From positions 1,376,001 through 1,440,000 of the forward strand of contig OZ244239.1 in NCBI GenBank assembly GCA_965217115.1: a DNA stretch of 64,000 bases, in the 5' to 3' direction. The stretch is from Bdellovibrionales bacterium (GTDB lineage Bacteria > Bdellovibrionota > Bdellovibrionia > Bdellovibrionales > CAYMLA01). Below the pieces are notes generated by a model. That model ran no database searches. It worked only from the letters and a program-made list of their open reading frames with translations, and had not been told where the DNA came from. Position numbers and translations under genes: made by a program. Shown here piece by piece: positions 29,611-39,516 of the stretch. Positions within the stretch are counted from its first letter, which is position 1. Every line of letters starts with the position of its first letter.

Positions 29611-29721
29611 ATAACTATTTTTAGTTTTGAGGACTGTATAGCTTATTTGAAATATATCGTGGATATGGAAAAACGTGGTGTCATTAAAGAGTTAGCTAAT
29701 ACGCAGCCGTTGAAATTATGA
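29611..29721 (+). pseudogene. 5' remnant of a second TIGR02147-family gene
   Basis: ITIFSFEDCIAYLKYIVDMEKRGVIKELAN aligns with MTVLEFDNYKTYLRHITDVEKRGIVKKLAD of 26709; ATG replaced by ATA; stop after 36 codons. Confidence 0.8.
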
Positions 29722-29825
29722 GATTGGACTGAGCCTAGGTAAGAGCAAGGTTTTACAAAAATTGTCACTGGTCATTTATTAAACAAAGTATCTTCTTCAA
29801 CTGAGCGTCTCATCATACTTGAGAG

Positions 29826-29841
29826 TGGCAGTGATTTTGCT
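29826..29841 (+). promoter_or_regulatory. Sigma54-like -24/-12 promoter
   Basis: TGGCAG-TGATT-TTGCT upstream of 29915. Confidence 0.6.
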
Positions 29842-29914
29842 TTATATAGACTGATAGAGTTAATTAATTAACACGTAAGGCGACCAAATTTATACCAGTA
29901 GTTGAGGTTTTATT

Positions 29915-31198
29915 ATGATATTGAAATTACTCATACTAATTACTTGTAGTTTAACAACAAAAGTATTTGCTGACATTACTAAGCCATGTCATTTTTCAGG
30001 ATTAGAAAACATTAAGAGACCCTGGTATCCTAATAAAAATAAATCTTTTGAATTCCTCTACTCTTTTAGAGTTCTGAGAACAGCAAAAAAAGGGTTCCCT
30101 ACAATTATATTTATTCCCGGAGGACCAGGACAGACAAGTATGGATGGGCAACTAGGTATTGATAAAATTGTACCAAAAAATTGGGGACTAGTGTTAACAG
30201 ACCCTCGTGGAGTTGGCTGTAATGATGTAGGTAAAGAATATCCCCCTGATTTTTTTCAGACGAATTATATTGCAGATGATATTCTTGCTCTGATTAAAAA
30301 AATAGCTATTCCTCACGATAAAATTATTCTTTATGGTCTTTCCTATGGAACAGTTGTTGCCACTAAAGTAGCTAGCCTCGCAAATAAGAGGGAACTTACT
30401 AAATTTAATGCTCTTTTCTTAGAAGGCACATTAGGTCGGTCCTTCAAAGGACAAGAATTTCTGGATCAATACGTTATAGAGTGGAGGGAATATTTCAATA
30501 GATTAGATGAATTAACGAAACAAATGCTAATTAAAAACTTTCCTCTTTTATCAAGAAAATTTCGTAAAAACTGGTCTAATTTTTTATTAAGTGGTCTTAT
30601 TTTTGGGGGGGCTCAAAAAAGGGAACATACTTTGGACTACCCAATATCATTACTTTCATCGAATGAAGGTATTCTTGAGTTAGAAAAGAATTTCTTAATC
30701 ACTGGCGAGAGGAATTCTTCTCAAAACAGCAATCAAATGTGGGAAAGCATATGGTGTGGAGAACTCAACAATGAGGGAAATACCTGGGAGTTGGGCTATG
30801 ACATAGATTTTAATGCCCTTAGAATCTATGAGAAAAAGGATCGCACCTTGTGTAACACAAACTATCGAGGTGAACGTTATGACTCTTCCTTTGAGTATGT
30901 ACGAGAAAAGGTTTTCTACTTTCAAGGGGGGGCTGATCCTGCGACTCCTCTTTGGCAGGCAGAATACCATTTCGAAAATTTGAATGGCAGTGGAGAGAGT
31001 ATTTTTTTTACTTTCCCTGAAATGGGACATAGTCCCCTTGAAGTTTTAAAGATGTTTGAATCTACTTGTTTATCAGATTTCTTAAACTCAGTCCTCTCTG
31101 AAAAAAACACAAATCAAATATTAGAGAAATGTGGTTTTAATGTAAGAACTAAATATAAAAAGAGGAATCCAAATGAGAGAGGTGTTGGTCCAAGTTAA
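29915..31198 (+). CDS. Secreted alpha/beta hydrolase (S33 prolyl aminopeptidase-like)
   Basis: Signal peptide, PGGPG, DPRGVG, GLSYG nucleophile elbow, DPATP, GHS. Confidence 0.85.
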   Translation: MILKLLILITCSLTTKVFADITKPCHFSGLENIKRPWYPNKNKSFEFLYSFRVLRTAKKGFPTIIFIPGGPGQTSMDGQLGIDKIVPKNWGLVLTDPRGVGCNDVGKEYPPDFFQTNYIADDILALIKKIAIPHDKIILYGLSYGTVVATKVASLANKRELTKFNALFLEGTLGRSFKGQEFLDQYVIEWREYFNRLDELTKQMLIKNFPLLSRKFRKNWSNFLLSGLIFGGAQKREHTLDYPISLLSSNEGILELEKNFLITGERNSSQNSNQMWESIWCGELNNEGNTWELGYDIDFNALRIYEKKDRTLCNTNYRGERYDSSFEYVREKVFYFQGGADPATPLWQAEYHFENLNGSGESIFFTFPEMGHSPLEVLKMFESTCLSDFLNSVLSEKNTNQILEKCGFNVRTKYKKRNPNERGVGPS

Positions 31199-31292
31199 AG
31201 GTTTAATTCGTTCTACGACTAAAGTTATAGACTGATCTTTATTAATTAGACAGTTTAATTTGCATTTCTGTCACTAAAATAATTTTGTCATA

Positions 31293-31610
31293 ATGAGTAC
31301 TATGATTCGGTCATTTGTGGATTATAGAAGAACTATTAGTCATGAGTTTTTTCATGCTCAGTATTTTTTAAACCCTAAGTATCGGAGTATTGTAGATAAA
31401 TATTGGGAAGGTCTTGATGCTGAGAAAAAAGAAAAATTTAAAAAAAATCTACCTCCCGTATATGACAGAGATAATGATTTTCTAATCAAGAATGGGTTTC
31501 AGGCATATCTTTTATCGGGAAACCTTCCTCAATCGATGGCAAGTTTTTTTTCGATCCATCAAATTGCTTTAGGAGTAGAGTTGCTGAAGTCTTTGCCGAT
31601 TGAAAAATAG
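31293..31610 (+). CDS. HExxH-containing hypothetical protein, probably a 5'-truncated fragment
   Basis: SHEFFHAQY lies 16 residues from the start; no SD or signal peptide evident. Confidence 0.5.
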   Translation: MSTMIRSFVDYRRTISHEFFHAQYFLNPKYRSIVDKYWEGLDAEKKEKFKKNLPPVYDRDNDFLIKNGFQAYLLSGNLPQSMASFFSIHQIALGVELLKSLPIEK

Positions 31611-31716
31611 CCTATTTTTGTTATAAGTTGCATATAACTTCGTCAGTGGCTTTATCTCTCAAGAATTAAAAAGCGAAAAACCAAGTAATATTGAGTAGAT
31701 ATACCTCTGGGCAAGG

Positions 31717-31732
31717 TGGCATGGACAATGCT
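31717..31732 (+). promoter_or_regulatory. Sigma54-like -24/-12 promoter
   Basis: TGGCAT-GGACA-ATGCT upstream of 31789. Confidence 0.5.
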
Positions 31733-31788
31733 TTATTAAGGGGAGAGGATTCACAAAAAAACCTTGTGATAAAGACTAGGGAGTCGTT

Positions 31789-32184
31789 ATGAAAAAAAAT
31801 GGAATAATCTTGATCTTGATGCTGTCATCTCTTTCAGCATCTGCAGTTACTATTCATCATGCCTGTGGTTCGGATAATCATAGTACTTATGTAACAAAGG
31901 CCCTCGAAAAATCCAGTCAGTCTTCTTTAATGGGACTTGCTGTATGCCAGGATGTAACAACAGGAGAAGTGCCTTGCGTGGTAAAGGTTACGAAAAATGA
32001 AAATACGAAAAATGAAAAGTTGAATATTTATGCGACTGATGCTGAAAATCATGAATCTTGTAGATACACAGCATTTCATTTGTTGAGAGACCAACAGACA
32101 GATGTAAGAGTTGACTATGTTTATACAAACAAGAGTAGAGAGGTAGAGGCTGAGGACACGATCTATGCTACCAGTGTACGATAA
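31789..32184 (+). CDS. Hypothetical secreted protein (4 Cys)
   Basis: GGGAG SD; signal peptide ending ASA. Confidence 0.78.
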   Translation: MKKNGIILILMLSSLSASAVTIHHACGSDNHSTYVTKALEKSSQSSLMGLAVCQDVTTGEVPCVVKVTKNENTKNEKLNIYATDAENHESCRYTAFHLLRDQQTDVRVDYVYTNKSREVEAEDTIYATSVR

Positions 32185-32334
32185 ACTATATTCTTGTTTT
32201 CAAAAAAAGGATGGGGGTCGGGTCAGGGAAATGGGGAGTACCGAAACATTACACAATACTCCTGTTTTCAAGTATTTTATCTCTATCTTGTATATAATCG
32301 CACTGGATTTATAATAAGGAAGAAAGGGTTTATA

Positions 32335-32751
32335 ATGATTAAAATACAACACCTATCTGTGTCGGTGAATAATCCAAGAAAAATGGCTGAAGCATTAGCT
32401 GAAGTGACAAAAGGAAAAGCTGAAAAGTTTTTATCGAAAAATATGACAGAAGCCTGGGTTTGTATTTGGGATGAAAAAACAAACCACCTTATTGAGTTTT
32501 TACCGAATGATTACTTAATGCACCCAACCGATTACGGTGCTGACTTTAAACAATTACCACAAAAACAAAATTTTAATTCAACGCATGTTCAGTTAGAAGT
32601 AGAAACTCCACTGGAAAGCATTATTTTTATGGCAAATAAATACGGTTTTGAACACAGATTTAGACCTAATCGTGGTGGACCACTCTATGATGTTTGGTTT
32701 GAAAAGGAGTTTTTAATTGAATTTGTTTCAGATGAAATCCGAAACTTATAG
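32335..32751 (+). CDS. VOC/glyoxalase-fold-like protein
   Basis: IQHLSVSVNNP..MAEALAE, IEF, THVQL and C-terminal W.E...LIEF; start moved to ATG 32335. Confidence 0.65.
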   Translation: MIKIQHLSVSVNNPRKMAEALAEVTKGKAEKFLSKNMTEAWVCIWDEKTNHLIEFLPNDYLMHPTDYGADFKQLPQKQNFNSTHVQLEVETPLESIIFMANKYGFEHRFRPNRGGPLYDVWFEKEFLIEFVSDEIRNL

Positions 32752-32893
32752 ATAGGTCATGATCATTTGTCACTAACTGCTTCACTAGAGCTTAATACAA
32801 AAAGCTCTAAAGGGCATGACAGGGGTAAAGTTTCAGTAGAGTTAAAGGCTGCCCTTAAATCACTAGGTAGATGACCAACATCTACTCAGAGAG

Positions 32894-32970
32894 ACAGTGA
32901 AAATTTAATGACAAAAAAATGGCCAATCTAAATGATTGGCCATTTCTTATTGCTAGTAATGAATAACTGG
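32894..32970. repeat. 77-bp direct repeat, copy 1 (contains a terminator-like hairpin)
   Basis: Matches 33885-33962 apart from one substitution and one A-run indel; stem AAATGGCCAATC / GATTGGCCATTT. Confidence 0.9.
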
Positions 32971-32989
32971 AATCGGAATTGGTGGCGGT

Positions 32990-33133
32990 TCTGGCTCCTT
33001 GACTGCAATTTGCAAGATTGGCAATCCCTCGAAACATAAGTCCCTTTGATCTTAAACGCCTGATAAGAGCCGAGGGTCGATTTTTCTTCCTCCCGATTTT
33101 GACACCACTTTTCTTAGCATACTTCAAACCATT
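32990..33133 (-). pseudogene. C-terminal remnant of a serine recombinase/resolvase
   Basis: NGLKYAKKSGVKIGRKK then HTH-like RRLRSKGLMFRGIANLANCSQG; catalytic domain absent. Confidence 0.7.
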
Positions 33134-33209
33134 TGGTTTTTATATGGTGTCAATCTGACTTTAAATAGAGCCAATAAGCAATGAATTAGGCTCCATTACA
33201 GTTGATTGT

Positions 33210-33225
33210 TGGCTTCATTTTTGCT
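33210..33225 (+). promoter_or_regulatory. Sigma54-like -24/-12 promoter
   Basis: TGGCTT-CATTT-TTGCT upstream of 33264. Confidence 0.55.
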
Positions 33226-33263
33226 GTTTAATATTTTCAAATATTACTCTAGGGGGAGAAGTT

Positions 33264-33791
33264 ATGAAAAAGTTTTTGTGTTATTTGTTAATATTATTAT
33301 CTACTGGGAGCGTTGCGTTAAGCACTGTCGTTGATGTTGAAGTCTTAAATTTAAGTCCTCCAAAATATGCTGAGTTTAAAAAACTACCATTGAGTGTCCA
33401 AAATTTAATGCTTCAAGAAGCAAAATTTCGGAAGAAGGCAAAGGAGATAAGAAGAAAAAAGGAAGAAAAAACGAAGTTTCAGATATTGTCTCTTACTTTT
33501 TCAAACAGACACGATCCTAGATGTGATGACGATGATTCAGGTAATGATTCACGCTCTTGTGTGCCTAGATGTACTTGGAGACGTTCTGACGGGTCATGTA
33601 TCTCACATGGAGCAGACTTTTGTAGCAAAAATGCGTCTTGTTCACCGAACTGTACTTGGAGAATCTCTGACGGATCATGTAACTCATATGATGAAGATTT
33701 TTGTGGTGAAGATGCTGTTTGTTCACCAAATTGTACATGGAGAGGTTCTGACGGATCATGTAACTCATATGATTCAGATGTTTGTTTTTAG
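33264..33791 (+). CDS. Secreted Cys-rich repeat protein
   Basis: GGGGGAG SD, signal peptide, three 27-aa repeats C-x-P-x-C-T-W-R-x-S-D-G-S-C-x5-D-x-C. Confidence 0.85.
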   Translation: MKKFLCYLLILLSTGSVALSTVVDVEVLNLSPPKYAEFKKLPLSVQNLMLQEAKFRKKAKEIRRKKEEKTKFQILSLTFSNRHDPRCDDDDSGNDSRSCVPRCTWRRSDGSCISHGADFCSKNASCSPNCTWRISDGSCNSYDEDFCGEDAVCSPNCTWRGSDGSCNSYDSDVCF

Positions 33792-33884
33792 ATAACTTTA
33801 AAAAAAATATAAATGAGTTCCAGTTGAAAGAGCTGGAGCTTGTCGAGTAAAACGAAGGGTTCAAGAGAGATCGCCTTTCAAATC

Positions 33885-33962
33885 ACAGTGAAAATTTAAT
33901 GACAAAAAAAATGGCCAATCTAAATGATTGGCCATTTCTTATTGCTAGTAACGAATAACTGG
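33885..33962. repeat. 77/78-bp direct repeat, copy 2
   Basis: See 32894-32970. Confidence 0.9.
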
Positions 33963-34152
33963 CTTTGTAGTGTAAAAAATTCATCAGTATTTTACGCTCA
34001 AAGGGCCTTTGTTTTAATTTGAATAAGAAAGTAACCAGATACGACAATTGTTTGTCTACGAACTTATCAAAATAAGTTAGAAACACTCTTAAAACACCAA
34101 AAGTGAGCTCATAACAAACATAAAATTAAATAATTATAGATACTTAGAGCTA

Positions 34153-34168
34153 TGGCTGGAACTTTGCT
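34153..34168 (+). promoter_or_regulatory. Sigma54-like -24/-12 promoter
   Basis: TGGCTG-GAACT-TTGCT upstream of 34262. Confidence 0.5.
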
Positions 34169-34261
34169 TTACTTACAAATGAAACAAAGTTCTTATTTTC
34201 AAAGAAAGGAGAGGCCGGAGCAAGGAAATAGGACGATACCAGTTTATGAGGAATTATTAAA

Positions 34262-34858
34262 ATGAAAGGTTTAGTTTTATCCAGTTTACTTTTTATTCTA
34301 CCCATTTTTAGCTATGGAAACTGTCCAGTCCCTAAATTACAAGATGAATTTATACTGAACGAGAGAATCATAAGCTTAACTACAACCCTTGATCTAGAAG
34401 ATGATAATGGAAAATTTGGTACTATTAAAGAAAAACTCATTAGCCTAGCAAGGTCTTTCACCTATACAGGTCCTTCAAATGAGACTATTGCAACGGCCAA
34501 ACAAAAGCTTTTTTCTTGGGGGGTACAGATTGATGTTTTTGATTGTGCACGCAAGAAAATAGGCACGATTAAAGAAAATATTCTAAAATCTATGTTTAAA
34601 ACTTATACAACTTACAGTATTGAAGACGCTAGCGGCGAAATAGTTGCAATATCAAAAAAGGTTAGTTGGCTCGCAACGTCCTTCTCATTAAAAACTCCTG
34701 AAGGTAAAGATATCGCTAAAATGAAACGTCCCGTGATTAACTTTTTTGGTGATAAGTGGAAAATGCAAATTGAGAACCATAAACAAGTAGACCCTCGGCT
34801 ATATATTATGATTGCTGCCTACAAAACGAGTGCAGATAATCAGAGATCTTCAGATTAA
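34262..34858 (+). CDS. Secreted LURP-one/scramblase (tubby C-like) family protein
   Basis: Signal peptide; repeated D..G..IG.IK.K..S beta-hairpin units; F.GDK. Confidence 0.72.
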   Translation: MKGLVLSSLLFILPIFSYGNCPVPKLQDEFILNERIISLTTTLDLEDDNGKFGTIKEKLISLARSFTYTGPSNETIATAKQKLFSWGVQIDVFDCARKKIGTIKENILKSMFKTYTTYSIEDASGEIVAISKKVSWLATSFSLKTPEGKDIAKMKRPVINFFGDKWKMQIENHKQVDPRLYIMIAAYKTSADNQRSSD

Positions 34859-34909
34859 AGTTTCCTAGATAAATAATCAGTTCTCAGCCGATAAGGCTAG
34901 GAGATGATG

Positions 34910-34940
34910 AAAAGCTCACTGTAAAGTGGGCTTTTTCTTT
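34910..34940 (+). terminator. Rho-independent terminator (possibly bidirectional)
   Basis: AAAAGCTCACT-GTAA-AGTGGGCTTTT followed by TCTTT. Confidence 0.72.
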
Positions 34941-35028
34941 GCGCCCCATGATCAGCTTATCATCAATTTACCAGGTTTTAGAACTACCGATGTTTTGGGT
35001 TTTCAAGGATTTTAGAGGTTCAATGAAA

Positions 35029-35104
35029 TGGTAGGGCCTGCCGGAGTCGAACCGACGACATCTACCTTGTAAGGGTAGCGCTCTACCAACTGAGCTAAGG
35101 CCCT
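35029..35104 (-). tRNA. tRNA-Val (anticodon UAC)
   Basis: AGGGCCTTAGCTCAGTTGGTAGAGCG-CTACC-CTTACAA-GGTAG-ATGTCGTCGGTTCGACTCCGGCAGGCCCTACCA; 76 nt with encoded CCA. Confidence 0.97.
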
Positions 35105-35163
35105 AAAAAGAAAGGACAAGTTAACTAGAAAACAACTATTTGTCCAACACAAACCAAGAGAAT

Positions 35164-35715
35164 TTAACTCCACCAGTGGTAGAGCCAATTCCACCAAGAA
35201 CAGCTTGAATCTTCCTCTTCAGATTGAGACTCCTTGTCTTCCACTCGACTTAACAAATAATGATAGCCACAATTTTCTTCACAATCATTATTAATAAAGG
35301 GCAAAAATGTCACTCCCATGCCTTTGTGGCCTTCAAGGCCATCATAATACCGCATAACTAAGCGATAGAGTTGACCATCGTTCTCAACCATCACCGCACG
35401 CACAAGGAAGCCCTCTTCCACCCCTATGCCCGTAGCGACAACTCTGTTGGTTTTGCCATCTATTTCTTCTATTTGTAACTGTTTTAAAAGCTCTGAGGTT
35501 TCAATAACTTTCAATCGAAGAAGTATTTGAGAGCGAGATTCTCCATCGGGGATATCTACTTTCCACACAGTCTCATTAATTGACTTCCAAGGGAATGGAG
35601 CTTCTGTCCCCAGGGGCCAAGGAATTTCTCCCCCATCCGCGCAGGCGCTCAACCCTATCAAGAGACTTATTAGTAATAAGCTCAATCTTTTCAACAATAA
35701 ATACCCCATTAACAT
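35164..35715 (-). CDS. Hypothetical lipoprotein
   Basis: LSAC lipobox; IPWPLGTEAPFPW motif. Confidence 0.72.
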   Translation of the reverse strand: MLMGYLLLKRLSLLLISLLIGLSACADGGEIPWPLGTEAPFPWKSINETVWKVDIPDGESRSQILLRLKVIETSELLKQLQIEEIDGKTNRVVATGIGVEEGFLVRAVMVENDGQLYRLVMRYYDGLEGHKGMGVTFLPFINNDCEENCGYHYLLSRVEDKESQSEEEDSSCSWWNWLYHWWS

Positions 35716-35720
35716 CCCCT

Positions 35721-36827
35721 CTAAGCTTCAAACATAACACGAGCATTTTTATTCATGTAATACCCACTCTTTGCTCGGAAAATATATTTTGGTTTTTCAA
35801 AATCAGGCTCAACCATCTTGCGTAGCCTTTTGATGGTCACATAAATCTTATTATCATGAACTGCAGGATCGTATGTCTGCTTCCAAATTTTTTCAACGAG
35901 GCATTCCTTAGAATAAATTTGCCCTGGATTTTTTACAAATAATCGCAGCATATCTAATAAAACAAATTGATTTTTAAAATTAACTCGTCCAAGTCTTTTT
36001 TCAACAATTGAATTTGTTCGTTCATCAAAAACTAAATCATACTGACTCTCGTTAACTGTGCCAATTTCTTTTAATGCTTTTTCTATGTTAGTCAGAGAGC
36101 TTTTTAAATTACTTGGATCGCAAGAGCGACGTGCTAAGTCTAAGTAAGTTCGAGCCATATTCTTGTCGCCCGCTTCAAAATAGGTTAAACCCAGTGCCCA
36201 TAATAAATACACATAGTGCATGAAGTTCTTATCTTCCCGCAACTGATCGTAACACTTCCAAAATATATCTAAGGCCTGGTCGTATCTCTTCATTTGACGT
36301 AAAATATGTCCATTAATCATCTGGGTCGACATTTCAAGTTCAGGTAATTTCAGCACTTGAAAGAAGACTTGAAGGTTATACACTTCATTTAAAGCCTCAT
36401 CGAATCTCCCCAAGTTGTAATAAACGATGGCGATTCCGTTAATCGCATAACAAACATCTTTCTTGCTATCTTCGCTCAAGGCTAAAGATAAAGATTTTTG
36501 TAAATAATCCAAGGCCACTTCATACTGCTGCTTAAAAGAAGCACAAAGCCCAAAGGTGTAATAGGTCTTAGGAGATAGCTGCAACCCCTCTCGAATCACT
36601 AAATCTTGAATTTTTTCTTTGATCTCGTTGATTTCATCAAATTGCTCTCTATCCGCATAGATTCGCAAGGCCTTGTTAATGCACTCTAAATAGTTTGTGA
36701 AATCCTTCTCTTTGAGATATCCCTCAGAGGCTTTGATCAGATTGCGTAGAGCAAGTGAAAAGTCTCCACGATCGCAATACAGGCGACCTAATTCAAATTG
36801 AGATTCAAAATTCTCTGAATGAGCCAA
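35721..36827 (-). CDS. TPR-repeat protein with a C-terminal OmpR/PhoB-type winged-helix DNA-binding domain
   Basis: TPR-like repeats; YSKE.LVEKIW...IYVTIKRLRK..E....PKYI...GY. Confidence 0.85.
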   Translation of the reverse strand: MAHSENFESQFELGRLYCDRGDFSLALRNLIKASEGYLKEKDFTNYLECINKALRIYADREQFDEINEIKEKIQDLVIREGLQLSPKTYYTFGLCASFKQQYEVALDYLQKSLSLALSEDSKKDVCYAINGIAIVYYNLGRFDEALNEVYNLQVFFQVLKLPELEMSTQMINGHILRQMKRYDQALDIFWKCYDQLREDKNFMHYVYLLWALGLTYFEAGDKNMARTYLDLARRSCDPSNLKSSLTNIEKALKEIGTVNESQYDLVFDERTNSIVEKRLGRVNFKNQFVLLDMLRLFVKNPGQIYSKECLVEKIWKQTYDPAVHDNKIYVTIKRLRKMVEPDFEKPKYIFRAKSGYYMNKNARVMFEA

Positions 36828-37014
36828 CAGAACCCTCTTCCCATAAATTTAAGTGTTTTTACTCACCAATACGGTACTATTTCTTACAAAATTTGACTTT
36901 TTGGTCAACTTCTTAATGCTTTTTTTTAGAATATAGTTAAATTTACATGGAGGCTTTTCTCAGAATCTATATAACAGTTAAGAGATTAACTATAGAGAGA
37001 AGGCCTCCTCAGGT

Positions 37015-39516
37015 CTAATGTCGAATATCCTGATCTTGCTGAGTATGCCCTGTATACCTGGCTCTCAGCCCCTCTGTTCTCTGAGACATGACCTTGAATA
37101 AATCCTTGGCGTCTTTTATCTCTAGAGCATTTACCAAAACTTGATCCACATGGTCCACCAGAATAAATTTTAATTGTTTTCTCACTTCCTCTGGAATGTC
37201 TTTAATATCATCCTTGTTCTCCTTAGGGCAGATGACTGTTCTAATTCCTGCGCGATGGGCAGCCATGGTCTTTTCTTTCAAACCACCTATAGCCATCACT
37301 CGCCCTCGAAGTGAAACCTCTCCAGTCATAGACACCGTTTTTTTAACTGGAAACTTCAGCATTGACGAGACAATACTCGTCACAATTCCAATACCTGCTG
37401 AAGGACCGTCTTTAGGGACGGCTCCCTCTGGTAAATGTATGTGAACATCTATATTCTCGTAAAACTCCTTGTCTAAACCAAACAAAGGCCCGCGAGAACG
37501 GACATAGCTCATCGCCGCCGCACATGACTCCTTCATCACGTCACCTAATTGACCTGTAACAGTGAATTTTCCTTTCCCTGGCACCGTTGAAACCTCAATC
37601 TGTAGGAGCTCTCCGCCCACCTCTGTCCATGCCATGCCATTGGTTAAGCCTATCTCACTCTTGCCTTCAATCTTTCCATGCTTAAGCTTGTGTGGACCCA
37701 ATAACTCGACCACCTTGGCCGCAGTGACATTTATCGATTTTCGAGAAGGTTTCTTTTTCGACGCCTTTGCTCCCTTCTTCTTTAAAGCACTCTTGTTTTC
37801 CTCCAGAGCGTCATTCGTTACGATTTCTTTAACGATCTTACGACAAACTGTCGCCACTTGACGTTCAAGTCCTCGAACTCCAGCCTCTCTGGTGTAAAAA
37901 CGAATCAACTCTTTAATTGCTCCATCAGCAACTGTCACAGTTTTTTTATCCAGACCATGTTTTTTCAATTGTTTCTGTAATAAATATTTTTTAGCTATTT
38001 GGAATTTTTCTGTCTCCGTATATCCTTCCAACGAAATTATTTCCATTCGATCAAGCAACGGCCGAGGAACGTAGTGCAACGAATTTGCTGTGGCTAAAAA
38101 CATCACCTGGGATAAGTCATACTCCAGCTCTAAATAGTGATCCTGGAAATGGCAATTTTGCTCTGGATCAAGAACCTCTAACATCGCCGCAGAAGGATCT
38201 CCTCGAAAGTCATTGCTCATTTTATCAAGTTCATCGAGCAAGATCAGAGGATTGCCTCTCTCGGATTTGCGCAACGCTTGAATAATTTTTCCCGGCATAG
38301 CTCCTACATAGGTTTTTCTATGACCACGAATTTCCGCTTCATCTCGAACTCCTCCAAGGGAAACTCGCGTGAAATCACGTCCCAGGGAACGGGCAATAGA
38401 ACGGGCCAAGGAGGTTTTTCCCACCCCTGGAGGGCCCACAAGACACAAAATAGGACCATTCATGTCATTGGACATCTTCTGCACAGCTAAGTGCTCTAAA
38501 ATCCTCTCTTTAACCTTATCTAGACCGAAATGATCTTCATCCAATATATTCTCAGATGCCACAATATCCACTTTAATATTAGAGTAATCATACCAAGGAA
38601 GAGACAACATCCAATCAATGTAATTACGAACCACTGCCGCCTCAGCACTCATAGGCGACATCATCTTGAGTTTTTTAAGTTCCTTATTAAACTTTTCTTG
38701 CGCCTCTTGACTCCATTTTTTCTTTTTCGCGCTATCTTCCAACTCCTCCAGCTCTACAGCATAGTCATCCTTATCTCCAAGCTCCTTCTGAATCGCTTGT
38801 ATTTGTTCATTGAGATAATACTCTTTTTGGGATTTTTCCATCTGCTTCTTTACGCGACCGCGAATTTTTTTCTCCACTTCGAGAATTTCAATTTCGCCTG
38901 TCATTAAATTCAACAAATATTCTAAGCGATCCATGGAATTAATAATTTCAAGAATTTTTTGTTTATCCTCTAATTTCAGGTTTAACTGAGCTACAATGAT
39001 ATCTGATAATTCACCTGAGTTCTCAATTGAAGACACCCTCATTAAAATCTCAGGGGGAATTCTTTTATTCAGCTTTACATAGGTTTCAAAAGTTGATTTC
39101 ACTGAACGAGCCAAAGCCTGGCTCTCAATTTCATTGATCTTCGGTTCTTCCAAAGTTTCCACTTCAACAGCAAAGAAGACATCCGTTTGAGTGAAGTGTC
39201 TAATCCTCGCCCTTCTTTTACCCTCAATTAAAACTTTTACCGTTCCATCAGGCAATCGGAGTAGTTGTATAATTGTACCAATTGTACCAACTTCATAAAC
39301 ATCTTCAGAGCCAGGGTTATTCGTTTTTGCATTTTTTTGGGCAGCTAAGACGATATCTGTCTGACGAGTCATTGCTTCTTCCAAAGCATTGATACTTTTT
39401 TCTCGTGCAACAAACAAAGGCATCATCATATGAGGAAAAATAATTAAATCCCTCAAAGGTAACAACGGCAAAGTTTCTATAGATGATCCTTCTCTTTGAG
39501 ATTTTGATTCCCCCAT
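37015..39516 (-). CDS. lon: ATP-dependent protease La
   Basis: [39 protein letters not shown]. Confidence 0.97.
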   Translation of the reverse strand: MGESKSQREGSSIETLPLLPLRDLIIFPHMMMPLFVAREKSINALEEAMTRQTDIVLAAQKNAKTNNPGSEDVYEVGTIGTIIQLLRLPDGTVKVLIEGKRRARIRHFTQTDVFFAVEVETLEEPKINEIESQALARSVKSTFETYVKLNKRIPPEILMRVSSIENSGELSDIIVAQLNLKLEDKQKILEIINSMDRLEYLLNLMTGEIEILEVEKKIRGRVKKQMEKSQKEYYLNEQIQAIQKELGDKDDYAVELEELEDSAKKKKWSQEAQEKFNKELKKLKMMSPMSAEAAVVRNYIDWMLSLPWYDYSNIKVDIVASENILDEDHFGLDKVKERILEHLAVQKMSNDMNGPILCLVGPPGVGKTSLARSIARSLGRDFTRVSLGGVRDEAEIRGHRKTYVGAMPGKIIQALRKSERGNPLILLDELDKMSNDFRGDPSAAMLEVLDPEQNCHFQDHYLELEYDLSQVMFLATANSLHYVPRPLLDRMEIISLEGYTETEKFQIAKKYLLQKQLKKHGLDKKTVTVADGAIKELIRFYTREAGVRGLERQVATVCRKIVKEIVTNDALEENKSALKKKGAKASKKKPSRKSINVTAAKVVELLGPHKLKHGKIEGKSEIGLTNGMAWTEVGGELLQIEVSTVPGKGKFTVTGQLGDVMKESCAAAMSYVRSRGPLFGLDKEFYENIDVHIHLPEGAVPKDGPSAGIGIVTSIVSSMLKFPVKKTVSMTGEVSLRGRVMAIGGLKEKTMAAHRAGIRTVICPKENKDDIKDIPEEVRKQLKFILVDHVDQVLVNALEIKDAKDLFKVMSQRTEGLRARYTGHTQQDQDIRH

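Larger units (their letters stand above)
24338..35028. mobile_element. Accessory region / degraded genomic island at the tRNA-Val 3' end
   Basis: Orphan secreted genes, pseudogenes, a resolvase remnant, AT-rich long spacers; abuts the tRNA CCA end. No integrase or att duplication seen. Confidence 0.6.

Noticed and set aside
32980..32989. tRNA-like 3' end ACCGCCACCA (minus strand) beside direct repeat 1
   Set aside because: Only 10 nt, no T-arm, and absent next to repeat copy 2.
33558..33790. CRISPR array or DGR reading of the 81-bp repeats
   Set aside because: The repeats are in-frame coding units without unique spacers; no cas or RT genes in the window.
36949..37008. Long imperfect hairpin after the lon stop as an ncRNA
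   Set aside because: Adequately explained as a 3' stabilising or terminator structure; no family features.
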